Positions 45,279 to 55,202 are shown, numbered from the stretch's first letter. The stretch is DNA of 62,237 bases from a virus (IMGVR_UViG_3300044940_000392:1-62237), one strand, 5' to 3'. Numbers and translations are program-made. The notes: generated by a model from the letters alone, not told the origin.

Positions 45279-46126
45279 ACTGGAAGGCATTAAAAAAAGA
45301 AATCGATTGGGATAAAGTCGATTCTGCGATCATATCCGCGGATCAAGAAAATATTTCAACGGAAGTATTTAAAGTCGCAAAAAATATGGTCATGGACGCG
45401 ACTGAGTATTTTTTACCACTTGATTTGAAATGGTTCACGATTGTTCAGGTTGAAAAAGAATTTGAACATACATACGGAACATTGACTGACCGCGGGTTTA
45501 TTGATTTAATTCTTAAAATTAAGAAAACCGCAGGTAAGCCGTATTCAGATTACGCGGATGAAAAAATCTTAATCGACTGGAAAACCACGGGCGGCGAATT
45601 AAATACTACATGGAGGAATTATTATATTGAATCGTGGCAATGGAAGCGTTACTCCGCGAATGAAGGGAATAAGTTATTTGAATATCGCGGAATTTCTTCA
45701 AAAACGAACTGGGATGGAAATCGTTTCGTATCTTCTTGCGCTCCGTTGATTTTATCAGTCCCTGATAATAATTACGAAAATGTCGAAGATGATTTACTTC
45801 TCCGTCAAAAACTGCGGCTTGCATTACAAAATTCCACACTATACCCAAGAAACATGCCTTCGGCTTGTTTTAAGTTTAATGAAAAGTGTGAATTTTTCGA
45901 TGGATGCGCGGCGGGCACTTCTAAACGGGATTTAATTCCGCTAGAAGTTTTAAATAAAACGTCTTATTCCTCGGACGAAACGTTCTTACTTTGCCCGGAA
46001 AAATATCGGCTTACGAAATTAACAGAAAGCCGTAAAGATGATTTTGAAAACTCAAGCGGAATGGGAACATTAGTCCACCGCGGTTTAGCTGAAATTTATT
46101 TACAATTCAAGGAAGAAAATGCTTAA
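45275..46126 (+). CDS. PD-(D/E)XK Cas4/RecB-like exonuclease, circularly permuted
   Basis: VEKEF, GFIDL, IDWKT, Q...Y, C......C.F...C; the normally N-terminal S.S...F..CP.KY...GT.VH block lies at the C-terminus. Confidence 0.85.
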   Translation: MNWKALKKEIDWDKVDSAIISADQENISTEVFKVAKNMVMDATEYFLPLDLKWFTIVQVEKEFEHTYGTLTDRGFIDLILKIKKTAGKPYSDYADEKILIDWKTTGGELNTTWRNYYIESWQWKRYSANEGNKLFEYRGISSKTNWDGNRFVSSCAPLILSVPDNNYENVEDDLLLRQKLRLALQNSTLYPRNMPSACFKFNEKCEFFDGCAAGTSKRDLIPLEVLNKTSYSSDETFLLCPEKYRLTKLTESRKDDFENSSGMGTLVHRGLAEIYLQFKEENA

Positions 46127-47060
46127 TTTAAAGAAAAACACTGAAACATCTTCATCAAATGTCGTCGCGCCGCCGGATAAAAAAGTTCTCCGCGCTCCGG
46201 CTAAGAATTATCGAATTATCGACCCGGAGGAAGGCGAAGTTGTTCCTCAGGTTAATATTGCACTCATGGGATTACCGGGAACAGGCAAGACAAAATTCGT
46301 TGCCGATTTAATTGAACGCGGCGCGAAGGTTTTTACAATTAATACTGATCCGGGCGGCGCGGGAATGGAAACTATTCTTTCGCAGTTTATTAAGAAAGAT
46401 AATCTGGAAAAGTTCAAAACAAACTTTCGAGAAATTCAAATTTCCGATTATGACACACTCGATGAATTCCTAGAGAATCCTTTAAAGTTTTACCCGAAGA
46501 TGTGGGAATTTAATCCTGACTTTCTTGTATGGGAAGGGTTCTCGAATTTCCAACAAACGATGTTATCGGAAAAGATTGGGGAATTATATCGCGACGCTGC
46601 GGAAAGTTCGGATAAGAATAAAAACGTATCAGAAACCCGCGCTGAGGGCTTGAAGCTCGAAATGCAAGACTGGGGTATGATTCGGAATGGTACAATCCGC
46701 CGGATCGAAGATTTTCTTCAAATCAAAAATCCGAATAAAGCCGCATTTCCGAAAATTTTAACAATTCACGAAGCGGTTGAAACTGTTACGTTGAAGCAGG
46801 AAAACGCGCCCCCGAAGATTGAAGAACGCGCTTCATCTCGCCCGGCCCTTCAAGGCGGTGCTAAAAATATTCTTGGCGGCGGGTTTTCACTAATTCTCCG
46901 AACGTCAATTGAAGGAAAAAGGTATTTCTACGAAAATACAACCAAAACCCTCGGTATGACAAAAAATCGTGGAATCGATCTTCCTGAAGGGAAATTTGAA
47001 GCGTCCGCGGAAACCGTAATCAATGCAATCGAACGGTCATATGGAATTAAACTGTTCTAG
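46119..47060 (+). CDS. AAA_24 / Sak4-like ATPase (single-strand annealing)
   Basis: GLPGTGKT Walker A; DWG, H, P.LQG, KNR; next to the exonuclease. Confidence 0.75.
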   Translation: MLNLKKNTETSSSNVVAPPDKKVLRAPAKNYRIIDPEEGEVVPQVNIALMGLPGTGKTKFVADLIERGAKVFTINTDPGGAGMETILSQFIKKDNLEKFKTNFREIQISDYDTLDEFLENPLKFYPKMWEFNPDFLVWEGFSNFQQTMLSEKIGELYRDAAESSDKNKNVSETRAEGLKLEMQDWGMIRNGTIRRIEDFLQIKNPNKAAFPKILTIHEAVETVTLKQENAPPKIEERASSRPALQGGAKNILGGGFSLILRTSIEGKRYFYENTTKTLGMTKNRGIDLPEGKFEASAETVINAIERSYGIKLF

Positions 47061-47069
47061 GAAAATCTA

Positions 47070-47549
47070 ATGGTTAAATATGAAGTTTTGTCTAAAATTT
47101 TTCGTCATTGTGTTGAGAATGATACAAAATTTTTTAGATCATCCGTAGCTTACGAATTACATGACATATCTGCCGGAAATATTGGATACAGTTTAAAAGA
47201 ATTGAGGAAACAGAAATATATTGAATTAATCGGGTATAACGATTACGAATTAACTGTATTTTCTCAAATGATGTTATATATCGGAAGAGTAATTCGCCGA
47301 TATTTTTCAATCGCAAATACAGAGATACGCATTGAAATATTGAAATGCTTAGAAGGAAATGGAATTCGCGGCGATTTTATGGACTTCATTCTTACGAATG
47401 ATTTAACACCAGAGGAGTTTGCGAAGTTTCTTGATCTTTCTATCCAAGAAGTTAATTATTTACTTGATTATATCGACATAAACCTGTGCCGTACTGCTAT
47501 TAAACGGCGGATACAACTTCCTTTTTCAACTCTTTTGTTAGATGAGTAA
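47070..47549 (+). CDS. Winged-helix/HTH protein
   Basis: YSLKELRKQKYIE wHTH-like segment and LTPEEFAKFLDLSIQEV HTH. Confidence 0.55.
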   Translation: MVKYEVLSKIFRHCVENDTKFFRSSVAYELHDISAGNIGYSLKELRKQKYIELIGYNDYELTVFSQMMLYIGRVIRRYFSIANTEIRIEILKCLEGNGIRGDFMDFILTNDLTPEEFAKFLDLSIQEVNYLLDYIDINLCRTAIKRRIQLPFSTLLLDE

Positions 47550-48000
47550 ATAATTCACCGGGGTCGGTTTTATACGAAGTCAATTCCCATAACATATTAC
47601 ATACATGTTGCAAGACATAAATACAAACTTCAGAACAAAAAAACTTATGGGGACGTTGACGGACAAAAGGTAAAACGAATTTGAAAATTCCGGCCCAGTC
47701 GTACCCGGCGTCACATAAAGAGGCGGCGTAGGCGAGAAGATTTTCATATTCATAATCTGGAATTTCAATAGGAACTAAATCCCATTTTTCTGGATTTAAG
47801 TGAATGAATTTGAATCGAACGCCGCCTTCTTTTTCATAAGATGAGAAACATAATGATAATTCCCTGTTATTTTTTTCATCTTTAATTTTATGTGGAAAAA
47901 TCATTTCCACATGAGAATATGGTGATTTGGTTTTCCATGAAATTGCTTTTGAAAATGCTCCACCGTGCGCGGCTTTGAAAAATGCTAAATGGATTATCAT
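47500..48000 (-). CDS. Permuted papain-like NlpC/P60 (YaeF/YiiX, C92-like) protein
   Basis: SPYSHVE, GGVR, G.YDW, FFCSEVC. Confidence 0.8.
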   Translation of the reverse strand: MIIHLAFFKAAHGGAFSKAISWKTKSPYSHVEMIFPHKIKDEKNNRELSLCFSSYEKEGGVRFKFIHLNPEKWDLVPIEIPDYEYENLLAYAASLCDAGYDWAGIFKFVLPFVRQRPHKFFCSEVCIYVLQHVCNMLWELTSYKTDPGELFTHLTKELKKEVVSAV

Positions 48001-48028
48001 ATATTTTTATTATAAATTATTAAAAATA

Positions 48029-48421
48029 ATGAATAATAATCTAAAAATCTTAGAAAAATATTATAAATCCTTACCTAAACTCCCACGCGGTCAACATAGA
48101 CTCGTTGCGGGAATTTGGGAGAAAAATAAATTAATCTCTTTAGGGTTCAATCAGCTAAAAACTCATCCGTATCAAAAACAAACGCAAGAAAAAATTAACC
48201 CGACGCGGCAATTTCTTCATGCCGAAATACATGCGCTAATCCAAGCGTTTCGTGTCCCTTCTTGGTCACCAGAGAGGTCAACCATGATCGTCTACAGGGA
48301 AACGCGGGGTGGCATTCCGGCGACCTCTAGGCCCTGTGAAGGGTGCTCTGAGGCGCTGCGCTTAGCCGGGGTGCGCCGCGTGCTGTATATGGACGATGAA
48401 GGCTTCATTAAAACTCTTTAA
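48029..48421 (+). CDS. Cytidine/dCMP deaminase-fold protein
   Basis: GFN..KTHP, LHAEIHAL, SRPCEGC. Confidence 0.85.
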   Translation: MNNNLKILEKYYKSLPKLPRGQHRLVAGIWEKNKLISLGFNQLKTHPYQKQTQEKINPTRQFLHAEIHALIQAFRVPSWSPERSTMIVYRETRGGIPATSRPCEGCSEALRLAGVRRVLYMDDEGFIKTL

Positions 48422-48514
48422 TCTAAGTAGTCGCGCCGCACACTACTAGTACAATGTGAATAGGCACGCAGAGTACCGCCAGCCTGAAATACCTCAAATA
48501 GAAAATAAACCAAA

Positions 48515-49204
48515 ATGTCAACACAATTCGCAAAAATGCAAGCAAAACCCATGCCGTCATTGGCGTGCGTTGGTAAAGTAACAGAAGTCGGCCCCGTTGC
48601 TGTATCCAAGTCCGGCGTTTATCTAACCTGCCCTGTTAAAATCGCCGCTTATGGCGCTGGCCGGGCACAAACTACTTATTTCACATTTAACCCCTCGTGG
48701 CTTACTCAAAAATTCCACGAAGCAGTTAATGAAGTTGGATCCGTGGAAAATTATTTTTCTGAAAACTTTGGAGGTCAAACATACGAAAAAGATGGAGTTG
48801 AAAAGGATGTAGCACGAAGTTTTGGTTTCGTGTATTCATCCAATATCGGAAATGCCGATGGCGATTCATTCCTAGAATGTCTACTTGGTGAAGATTTTGA
48901 TTCTTTCGTTTCGGAGGCATTTTCCGCTGATTTTGATGAGGAAAACCCAGATCTGGAAGCTATGACAAATCTTCTCGATTCGCAATTCCGGAACCGAAAG
49001 ATTGGTTATGTTCTGGTTCAAGGCCGTATTGACACCGGAAAGACTGACGAAAACGGGAAAAGGATATACGTTAAGGATAATAATTATGTTATCAAAAACT
49101 TTTTCCCGGTTAATGAGAAGAAGATTAAGTCCCTCGAAAAGTCTGCCGCGAAGTCCAAGACGGGCTTTAAGCTTACATTCGATCCAGACGAAGTTCTTAG
49201 TTAA
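48515..49204 (+). CDS. Probable ssDNA-binding protein
   Basis: OB-like strands, acidic; own promoter-like TACAAT and terminator; in the replication module. Confidence 0.45.
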   Translation: MSTQFAKMQAKPMPSLACVGKVTEVGPVAVSKSGVYLTCPVKIAAYGAGRAQTTYFTFNPSWLTQKFHEAVNEVGSVENYFSENFGGQTYEKDGVEKDVARSFGFVYSSNIGNADGDSFLECLLGEDFDSFVSEAFSADFDEENPDLEAMTNLLDSQFRNRKIGYVLVQGRIDTGKTDENGKRIYVKDNNYVIKNFFPVNEKKIKSLEKSAAKSKTGFKLTFDPDEVLS

Positions 49205-49215
49205 TTTTTGAAAGG

Positions 49216-49263
49216 AATATCCGGGATGGTAGAGTAATTTCCACTATCCCGGATATTTTTTTT
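49216..49263 (+). terminator. Intrinsic terminator
   Basis: AATATCCGGGATGGT...ACTATCCCGGATATT plus T-tract. Confidence 0.85.
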
Positions 49264-49452
49264 ATGGATAAAAGTGTTTATAAAATAAATTTTACCGGAA
49301 GTTTGTATGTCGAAGTTCCTAAAAATAAATATGTGTTGTTAGAAAAAATGGAAGCAACAGAAAAAGGAAAGGATATTTTATTGAATATAGAATTAGAAAA
49401 AAATATAATTCTTAATTTTCAGGAAATTGAATTTCAATATCTAAAAAAATGA
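49264..49452 (+). CDS. Small hypothetical protein
   Basis: 62 aa ORF. Confidence 0.45.
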   Translation: MDKSVYKINFTGSLYVEVPKNKYVLLEKMEATEKGKDILLNIELEKNIILNFQEIEFQYLKK

Positions 49453-49508
49453 AAGAAAAATTGGTTGAAATATAACTTAAAATTTTTTAATTCGGAGAGT
49501 TTGTAAAA

Positions 49509-50072
49509 ATGACATATTCATCATGTGGATGGGGTTATACAGAAATTCCCCCACTAAGAGTCAGTAGTTATTTATTTATTGAAAAGAAAAGAAACCTTCT
49601 TAATGGAACTGCAATAGGAGTTTTTTCTCAGCCGGGGAAAATTTTATCGTTCCGAATACTATTCGATAACGGCGCGATGGTTAGTAAGGTTCCATTAAAC
49701 TTTATTGGCGAAATTGGTTGTGAACCTTTTTATTTTCCTTACGAAGCTCAAGTGTGGGATTGCTTATCTTACGGAATTTCTTGTCATATTCTTTCGCACG
49801 TTGAAGGATGTACTGTGAAAGTTAATTATAAAGCTGTGAAAACAGAAGCTTCGTACTTATTCACTCTTTCCTTCTGGGGACAAGGGACGTATGCTTCTAA
49901 AGGTGATGAAATAGGATATAAAGATTTACATGTTCTTTCGACTTCAAATGGGCTAATTGCTTATCCAAATACAAACATTGTATGGAATGAAAGTTCTCAT
50001 GTTACCCCGTTTTCATGGGAAAATGCTCCGAAAATAGAAACTTTACAAGAACTTCCTTCTTGTGAATCATAA
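49509..50072 (+). CDS. Conserved phage hypothetical protein
   Basis: GA...KVP, Q.WDC.SY, YLFT, PN..I.W motifs. Confidence 0.7.
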   Translation: MTYSSCGWGYTEIPPLRVSSYLFIEKKRNLLNGTAIGVFSQPGKILSFRILFDNGAMVSKVPLNFIGEIGCEPFYFPYEAQVWDCLSYGISCHILSHVEGCTVKVNYKAVKTEASYLFTLSFWGQGTYASKGDEIGYKDLHVLSTSNGLIAYPNTNIVWNESSHVTPFSWENAPKIETLQELPSCES

Positions 50073-50900
50073 ATGAAGAAAATTCAAATAAATATTCCTT
50101 CAGAACCGCAAGAATGGACGTCGCAGGGATTATTAAAAAAACCCGCGGGCTGTAAATTTTGCGCGATGTACGAGAAAGGTCAAAACTTTGTTCCCGATTT
50201 TATTCCAGAAGGTATTAAGCTTCTTTTCGTATTTTCTTCTCCAGAAAAGGATGATATTCTTGACAATCGGCTTTTATCTGGTAATTTGGGATGGTTTAGA
50301 AAAAATAAGCTCATTTATGATCTTGGATTAAAAGATCACGAAGTCGGGTTGTGTTCCATTATCCGCTGTTATCCGGGGAAAGATAAGTTTAATAAACTTT
50401 TTTATCCAGAAAAAGCGATACGTGTATCTTGTGAAAAGTTGTGTCGGCAATATGATTCGAGAAGTTTAATTGCGGGAAATATTATACCCCGCGGCATCAT
50501 AAATTTTGATCCAAATGTTTTCGTACTAACCTTCGGTATTGAAATGTTAACCCAAGGTGCGGCTTTTCAACATTTAATGAAAGCTGATATTAAAAAAGCG
50601 TTGAAAACAATTCCAAACGGAGGGCGTCCCGCAATACTTTTTGGAGAACCCGCGATTAATTTATTTGCCCCGTATTGTTTCGGGCCCGGTCAAGGCGGTG
50701 TAAAAGCTTGGCGCGGCCATATATTTGAAGGATCATGGAAAGATTTATCTATTAAGGATTTGGATATAAAGGAAATTTCTGAACAAGAGAACCCTTTTAG
50801 ACGATGGAAGCCTCAGAAAAAAGGAAAGATTATACCTGTTTTGAAAAAATTTCATAAAGCGGAGAGTAAGAAACCACATAATGATATTAATAAACACTGA
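50073..50900 (+). CDS. Family-4 uracil-DNA glycosylase-like protein (Fe-S), likely degenerate
   Basis: CKFC, IIRCYP, C; GE.PG motif appears as FSSPE; no HPA motif seen. Confidence 0.6.
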   Translation: MKKIQINIPSEPQEWTSQGLLKKPAGCKFCAMYEKGQNFVPDFIPEGIKLLFVFSSPEKDDILDNRLLSGNLGWFRKNKLIYDLGLKDHEVGLCSIIRCYPGKDKFNKLFYPEKAIRVSCEKLCRQYDSRSLIAGNIIPRGIINFDPNVFVLTFGIEMLTQGAAFQHLMKADIKKALKTIPNGGRPAILFGEPAINLFAPYCFGPGQGGVKAWRGHIFEGSWKDLSIKDLDIKEISEQENPFRRWKPQKKGKIIPVLKKFHKAESKKPHNDINKH

Positions 50901-51528
50901 AGAAAAAAAATTAAAAATGTACGAAGCAATTAATGAAGCTGTTCGAGAGTTCGTGATTACAAATTGGGAAAAATTGCCAAAAGATGAAACATCGAAGGAA
51001 GAATGGTATACAATGTTGAATCAAGCGGTTGTTCATGCTGCGAATATTTATAATTGTTTAAGTGCCCGGTTTGTCGAAATTTATAAACTATCCGAAGATG
51101 TTAAAACACCTGTTTATTCAACCGACGGCGCTGCTTGTTTTGACATTCATGCACATCTTCCGCCAGAACAGAAGATTTACATCTACCCCGGCGGCGCAGA
51201 AGTAATTTCTACGGGGTTAATTTTTAAAATTCCCCGCGGATTTTGTATGAAAATTTATTCCCGATCAGGGATGGGTTTTAATGATAATATCTCATTAATC
51301 AACTCCGTAGGAATAATTGACTCGGATTACCGCGGAGAAGTTAAAGTGAAGCTTATCAAAGCATTAAACGGAAGTGATACTGATTATGCTCCTTATTGTA
51401 TTCAAAACGGTGATCGAATTGCGCAAGCTATGATCGTTCCGGTTACGAGAGTTTTGTTTTCAGAACTAAAAGAAAAACCAGAATTAGAAGGAAATAGAAA
51501 GGGCGGGTATGGATCTACAGGAAATTGA
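50881..51528 (+). CDS. dut: dUTPase (trimeric) with N-terminal extension
   Basis: AACFDI, RSG, GIIDSDYRGEV, RIAQ, RKGGYGSTG. Confidence 0.95.
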   Translation: MILINTEEKKLKMYEAINEAVREFVITNWEKLPKDETSKEEWYTMLNQAVVHAANIYNCLSARFVEIYKLSEDVKTPVYSTDGAACFDIHAHLPPEQKIYIYPGGAEVISTGLIFKIPRGFCMKIYSRSGMGFNDNISLINSVGIIDSDYRGEVKVKLIKALNGSDTDYAPYCIQNGDRIAQAMIVPVTRVLFSELKEKPELEGNRKGGYGSTGN

Positions 51529-51829
51529 TATTGAAATTAAGAACTTAAAAAAGCTTGAAAAATTCAATAACAGTTTTCCTGAGTTCATATTCAGCGAAGT
51601 CGTTAATGATGTAAATGAACTTTCAAAATTCTTAGCGGAAGCATTTTTACACTACGAGTATTATGATTATAAAAAATCTCTCGTAGAAAATGTACAAACA
51701 TTAATTGGACTACATATGCACGACGCGATTGAAGAATATAATCAACGCGTAATAAACACAAACGCCGATTTTTATGGAAAAGAATCTTTTAAATTAGGAA
51801 ATTTGCATATAGAGACAAAAAATGAATAA
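51509..51829 (+). CDS. Hypothetical protein
   Basis: 106 aa ORF within the operon. Confidence 0.6.
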   Translation: MDLQEIDIEIKNLKKLEKFNNSFPEFIFSEVVNDVNELSKFLAEAFLHYEYYDYKKSLVENVQTLIGLHMHDAIEEYNQRVINTNADFYGKESFKLGNLHIETKNE

Positions 51830-52025
51830 AGAATTAATTGAAAAATTTATTAAAAAAGCAGATGCCGCGCTTGATATGAGCATGAAGGTTCTTGAATCAA
51901 TTACTGATCTATTAGAAAAAGAAAACATTAACATCGAGATAACTCAAAGCGAAGATATTGATCGAATATTTTCAGAATATTTCGCTGCAAGGACGGAATT
52001 GAAAGTTGAAGTGAATAAAAATTAA
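51822..52025 (+). CDS. Hypothetical protein
   Basis: 67 aa ORF within the operon. Confidence 0.55.
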   Translation: MNKELIEKFIKKADAALDMSMKVLESITDLLEKENINIEITQSEDIDRIFSEYFAARTELKVEVNKN

Positions 52026-52264
52026 TCAAAAAGCTTTTTGGATGCTTTACGCGCATTATTGTAATCTTGTACAGAAATTACACCTAAATTTGAATTACAA
52101 TTCTCAGGAAATATCGCCCCCTTTTCCGGGCATCCAAAAAGCTTTCGGAAAAATTTATCATAATGTTTTTCAAACTCAAACACACGTTGCCTTAAATTAT
52201 CAACTTCAGGCGATTGGCCTTTTAAGAGAAAAAGAGTAAAAAACATTAAGGCAAATTTCCGCAT
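52022..52264 (-). CDS. Small secreted protein (signal peptide, one Cys pair)
   Basis: MRKFALMFFTLFLLKG-Q...; GCP...NC; isolated minus-strand gene. Confidence 0.6.
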   Translation of the reverse strand: MRKFALMFFTLFLLKGQSPEVDNLRQRVFEFEKHYDKFFRKLFGCPEKGAIFPENCNSNLGVISVQDYNNARKASKKLFD

Positions 52265-52300
52265 TATATTTATATTTTAACGTAAAAAAAGGAGAAGAAA

Positions 52301-52723
52301 ATGTTGCAGTACTATGATTATGAAAATGTTCGGATTTTTAACGAAACATATTACTTACAGAAAGAAGAGTGTTTTCATTTAGAGTATTTTTATAAACAAA
52401 TCCAGCCGCAAAAAATAGAAAATTTAAGCGAATTTGTCGGTAATATGATCGTAAAAGGTATTTCGTCAATTAAATTAACCAATTCTTCTGTATTAGTTTC
52501 TGGTATACGATTTGATGAATCATATTATTCTGATTCAGCAAAGCCAGTTATTGTAGTTTATTATCTTAAGACATTAAGTTTAAAAGAAATTGAACAATAT
52601 GAAAACTGGAAAGAAAAAGAGAAAAAAAATAAAAAGAAACTGAAACAAGAGCTTAAACAAAAGCAACAAGAAGAAGAATATAATTTATATCTCGAATTAA
52701 AGAAAAAGTATGAAACAAAGTAA
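52301..52723 (+). CDS. Hypothetical protein
   Basis: AGGAG SD; C-terminal E...YLELKKKYE. Confidence 0.65.
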   Translation: MLQYYDYENVRIFNETYYLQKEECFHLEYFYKQIQPQKIENLSEFVGNMIVKGISSIKLTNSSVLVSGIRFDESYYSDSAKPVIVVYYLKTLSLKEIEQYENWKEKEKKNKKKLKQELKQKQQEEEYNLYLELKKKYETK

Positions 52724-54797
52724 AATAGCCATCCCCGGCTTAACTGAAGTTCAACCGAGTTTGTTTTGTAATGAAATTCCTGAGGTTAAATTTCACGATA
52801 AATTCCCTGAAGTTAAAACTTCTGAAAAAGATTTTATAAAACTTTTGGAAGAATTTGATCCCACATTTGGTTTAGGATTAGATTACGAATTTGATGTAGA
52901 TACATATAAACCGACAATTATTGGAATTGCAGATAAAAACTACGCAGTATCTATTCCGGCGAATGATATTTTATTGAAACAAGCATATGATGCAATTAAT
53001 GATAAAAAATCCCGTTTCGTTGGATATTCAATTTTCGGCGCGGAAAAGCCTATAGTAGATAATATATTGAATACTGAGACTCCCTTAGAAATATGGGACG
53101 ACGGATTGAGGAGTTTTTATCTAGCGAATTCCATTTTATGTAAATCGCCGGGTAAAGAGGAGAATGACGAAGGCGGGTCCCTTGGTTTCATGGGATTGAA
53201 TACCGCAGCGATGTTTTATCTGAATATACCAGTTTGGAAAATTTGTCGCGGTAATAATTGTTATGGGCCATGTCCTTATCATCAGGTATTTGAATACAAC
53301 GGTGTCGATGCTTGGGCCGGATTACTTGTACACAATGCCGCGATTGCCGATTTTTTGAAAAAGGGAGGAGAATATAAGACATATTTACGAAAACTGAATT
53401 ACGCATACATTTGCTGGAAAAAACAGAATAAAGGAATTTATATAGACAAAAAACAAGTGCTTGAAGTTGAAAAAGTACTTGAAGAAAAGAAAAATTCACT
53501 ATTTAAAGATCAAGATGTAAACCCCGGCTCTCCCGTTCAGATTATCAATAAAGCGAAAAGTTTGAATTATAAACTTGAAAAAACAGATATTAAAACCGTA
53601 CAGAAAAGTTTAGAAAAAGAACTTCGGTCCATGGGTTATGGATCAATTCAAGATTTTGAATCAATTCACGGAGAAGGACAAGAAGATTTTGACCCTGAAT
53701 TTGTTGCTAAAAAGATTGAAAAATTTGATGTGAAGAACGCCGAAATTGCGGCGTTTTTTTATAGATTGTATAAGTACAAAAAAACTGGAAAGGGGACTAA
53801 ATCATGGTTTGATGAGAAATATTTTAAACGACTAAATGTCCTAAACCCGCGCTTTAACGATACCGGATCATCTCTCGGAAGATTATCATCAAGTAAGCCG
53901 AATTTTCAAAACGTACCCCGGACGGGATTCGGAGAAGAGATTCGGAAATGTATTGTATCTCCACCCGGTTTTGATATTATTAAAGCCGACTTTTCAAATC
54001 TCGAATTACGAATTATTCTCTGGAAAGCCGGGTTCGATATTAAGACGATTCTTAAACACGATCCATTTCAATGGTTGGTTGACAACTCGAATGATCTGTT
54101 TAATCAAGTCGCGGTGAAAATGAATACCGGATTTTCGGCCCGCGATTGGGCTAAAAGTGTTTCGCATGCGAGTAATCTTTTAGAAGGATTTACATTATTA
54201 TCGCCGAGGGATTTAATCAAACCGCAAACGGAGAAGTTAATAAAAAACGGGGCGCTGCGGGTTTTTCATGACTGGCAATTCCGGGGTAAAACTGTTGCAT
54301 TTACTGGCGCAAATCTAGCGGAAAGACTTTTAGGAAGTAAGACTGAAGTCAATCGAAAAGCAATGCTGGAAATGCAATGGGATATTTATTTCAAATCTTT
54401 TCCGATTCTGAATGATTTTCATAGAAAACTTTTAAATGAAATAGAAAATGAAACTATTTTTCATATACCCGGCGGTATGGTCTTAGACTTATATGGGCCG
54501 GATTTGGATGATGCTAAAATCAGCGCGGCGGCAGTAGGGCAGGGAGGGGGTGCGGCCTTCACACAAGAGGCGGAGACGCGGCTAGTTGACCACATCGGCG
54601 ACGTGCCGTTTGCGACAGTTCATGATGATATGAATTTTTATTTTGCCGAAAGTATGAGTGATGAGAAAATCCTGGATATAATGAGAATAATAGTGGAACC
54701 GAGTACACTATTACCTAGTATGATCTGCCCAGCTAAAGTATTACGGGGCAAGAATTGGAAGGAATCAGATATGAAATTATTAGGGAAAATTTACTAA
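52710..54797 (+). CDS. polA: Family A DNA polymerase (divergent)
   Basis: ExoI GLDYE, ExoIII YNGVDA, GRLSSSKPNFQNVP, motif A ADFSNLELR, motif B R..AKSVSHASNL, motif C TVHDD. Confidence 0.92.
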   Translation: MKQSKIAIPGLTEVQPSLFCNEIPEVKFHDKFPEVKTSEKDFIKLLEEFDPTFGLGLDYEFDVDTYKPTIIGIADKNYAVSIPANDILLKQAYDAINDKKSRFVGYSIFGAEKPIVDNILNTETPLEIWDDGLRSFYLANSILCKSPGKEENDEGGSLGFMGLNTAAMFYLNIPVWKICRGNNCYGPCPYHQVFEYNGVDAWAGLLVHNAAIADFLKKGGEYKTYLRKLNYAYICWKKQNKGIYIDKKQVLEVEKVLEEKKNSLFKDQDVNPGSPVQIINKAKSLNYKLEKTDIKTVQKSLEKELRSMGYGSIQDFESIHGEGQEDFDPEFVAKKIEKFDVKNAEIAAFFYRLYKYKKTGKGTKSWFDEKYFKRLNVLNPRFNDTGSSLGRLSSSKPNFQNVPRTGFGEEIRKCIVSPPGFDIIKADFSNLELRIILWKAGFDIKTILKHDPFQWLVDNSNDLFNQVAVKMNTGFSARDWAKSVSHASNLLEGFTLLSPRDLIKPQTEKLIKNGALRVFHDWQFRGKTVAFTGANLAERLLGSKTEVNRKAMLEMQWDIYFKSFPILNDFHRKLLNEIENETIFHIPGGMVLDLYGPDLDDAKISAAAVGQGGGAAFTQEAETRLVDHIGDVPFATVHDDMNFYFAESMSDEKILDIMRIIVEPSTLLPSMICPAKVLRGKNWKESDMKLLGKIY

Positions 54798-54905
54798 AAT
54801 GTCAAGATTAAAATTTTTAAGTGTATTTTTTAATGGAAACAGTGTTACTTTCTTATTTGATACCCCGGAAGAATCTGTTGTTACAGCAACAACTTTAGGA
54901 GTTTA

Positions 54906-55202
54906 ATGAGAAATAAAGACATCAAGTATTCAGATAAAGAAGTCGCGATTTTATTAAATAATCTTGTCATCGCGCAACGGCATGTAATTCAAAATTTATC
55001 TACTGCGCGGGTCACAAGATTACGGGAATATACAAGCGCGTTAATCGAACCTTGTTTTGAACACATAAATGAAGGTTTATTAACAAAAGACGAAGCGTGC
55101 TTTATTATTACTTCCGCAGCGCTGCTTTTATTTATGAAAACAAAAAAAATCACAAAAATGCCCTCTGAAAAGATTGCGAGGAATGTAGTTGAAGATAATT
55201 AA
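54906..55202 (+). CDS. Hypothetical protein
   Basis: AGGAG SD; 98 aa. Confidence 0.6.
   Translation: MRNKDIKYSDKEVAILLNNLVIAQRHVIQNLSTARVTRLREYTSALIEPCFEHINEGLLTKDEACFIITSAALLLFMKTKKITKMPSEKIARNVVEDN

Noticed and set aside
45275-46126. CRISPR-associated cas4
   Set aside because: Context is exonuclease plus Sak4-like ATPase, a normal phage recombination module
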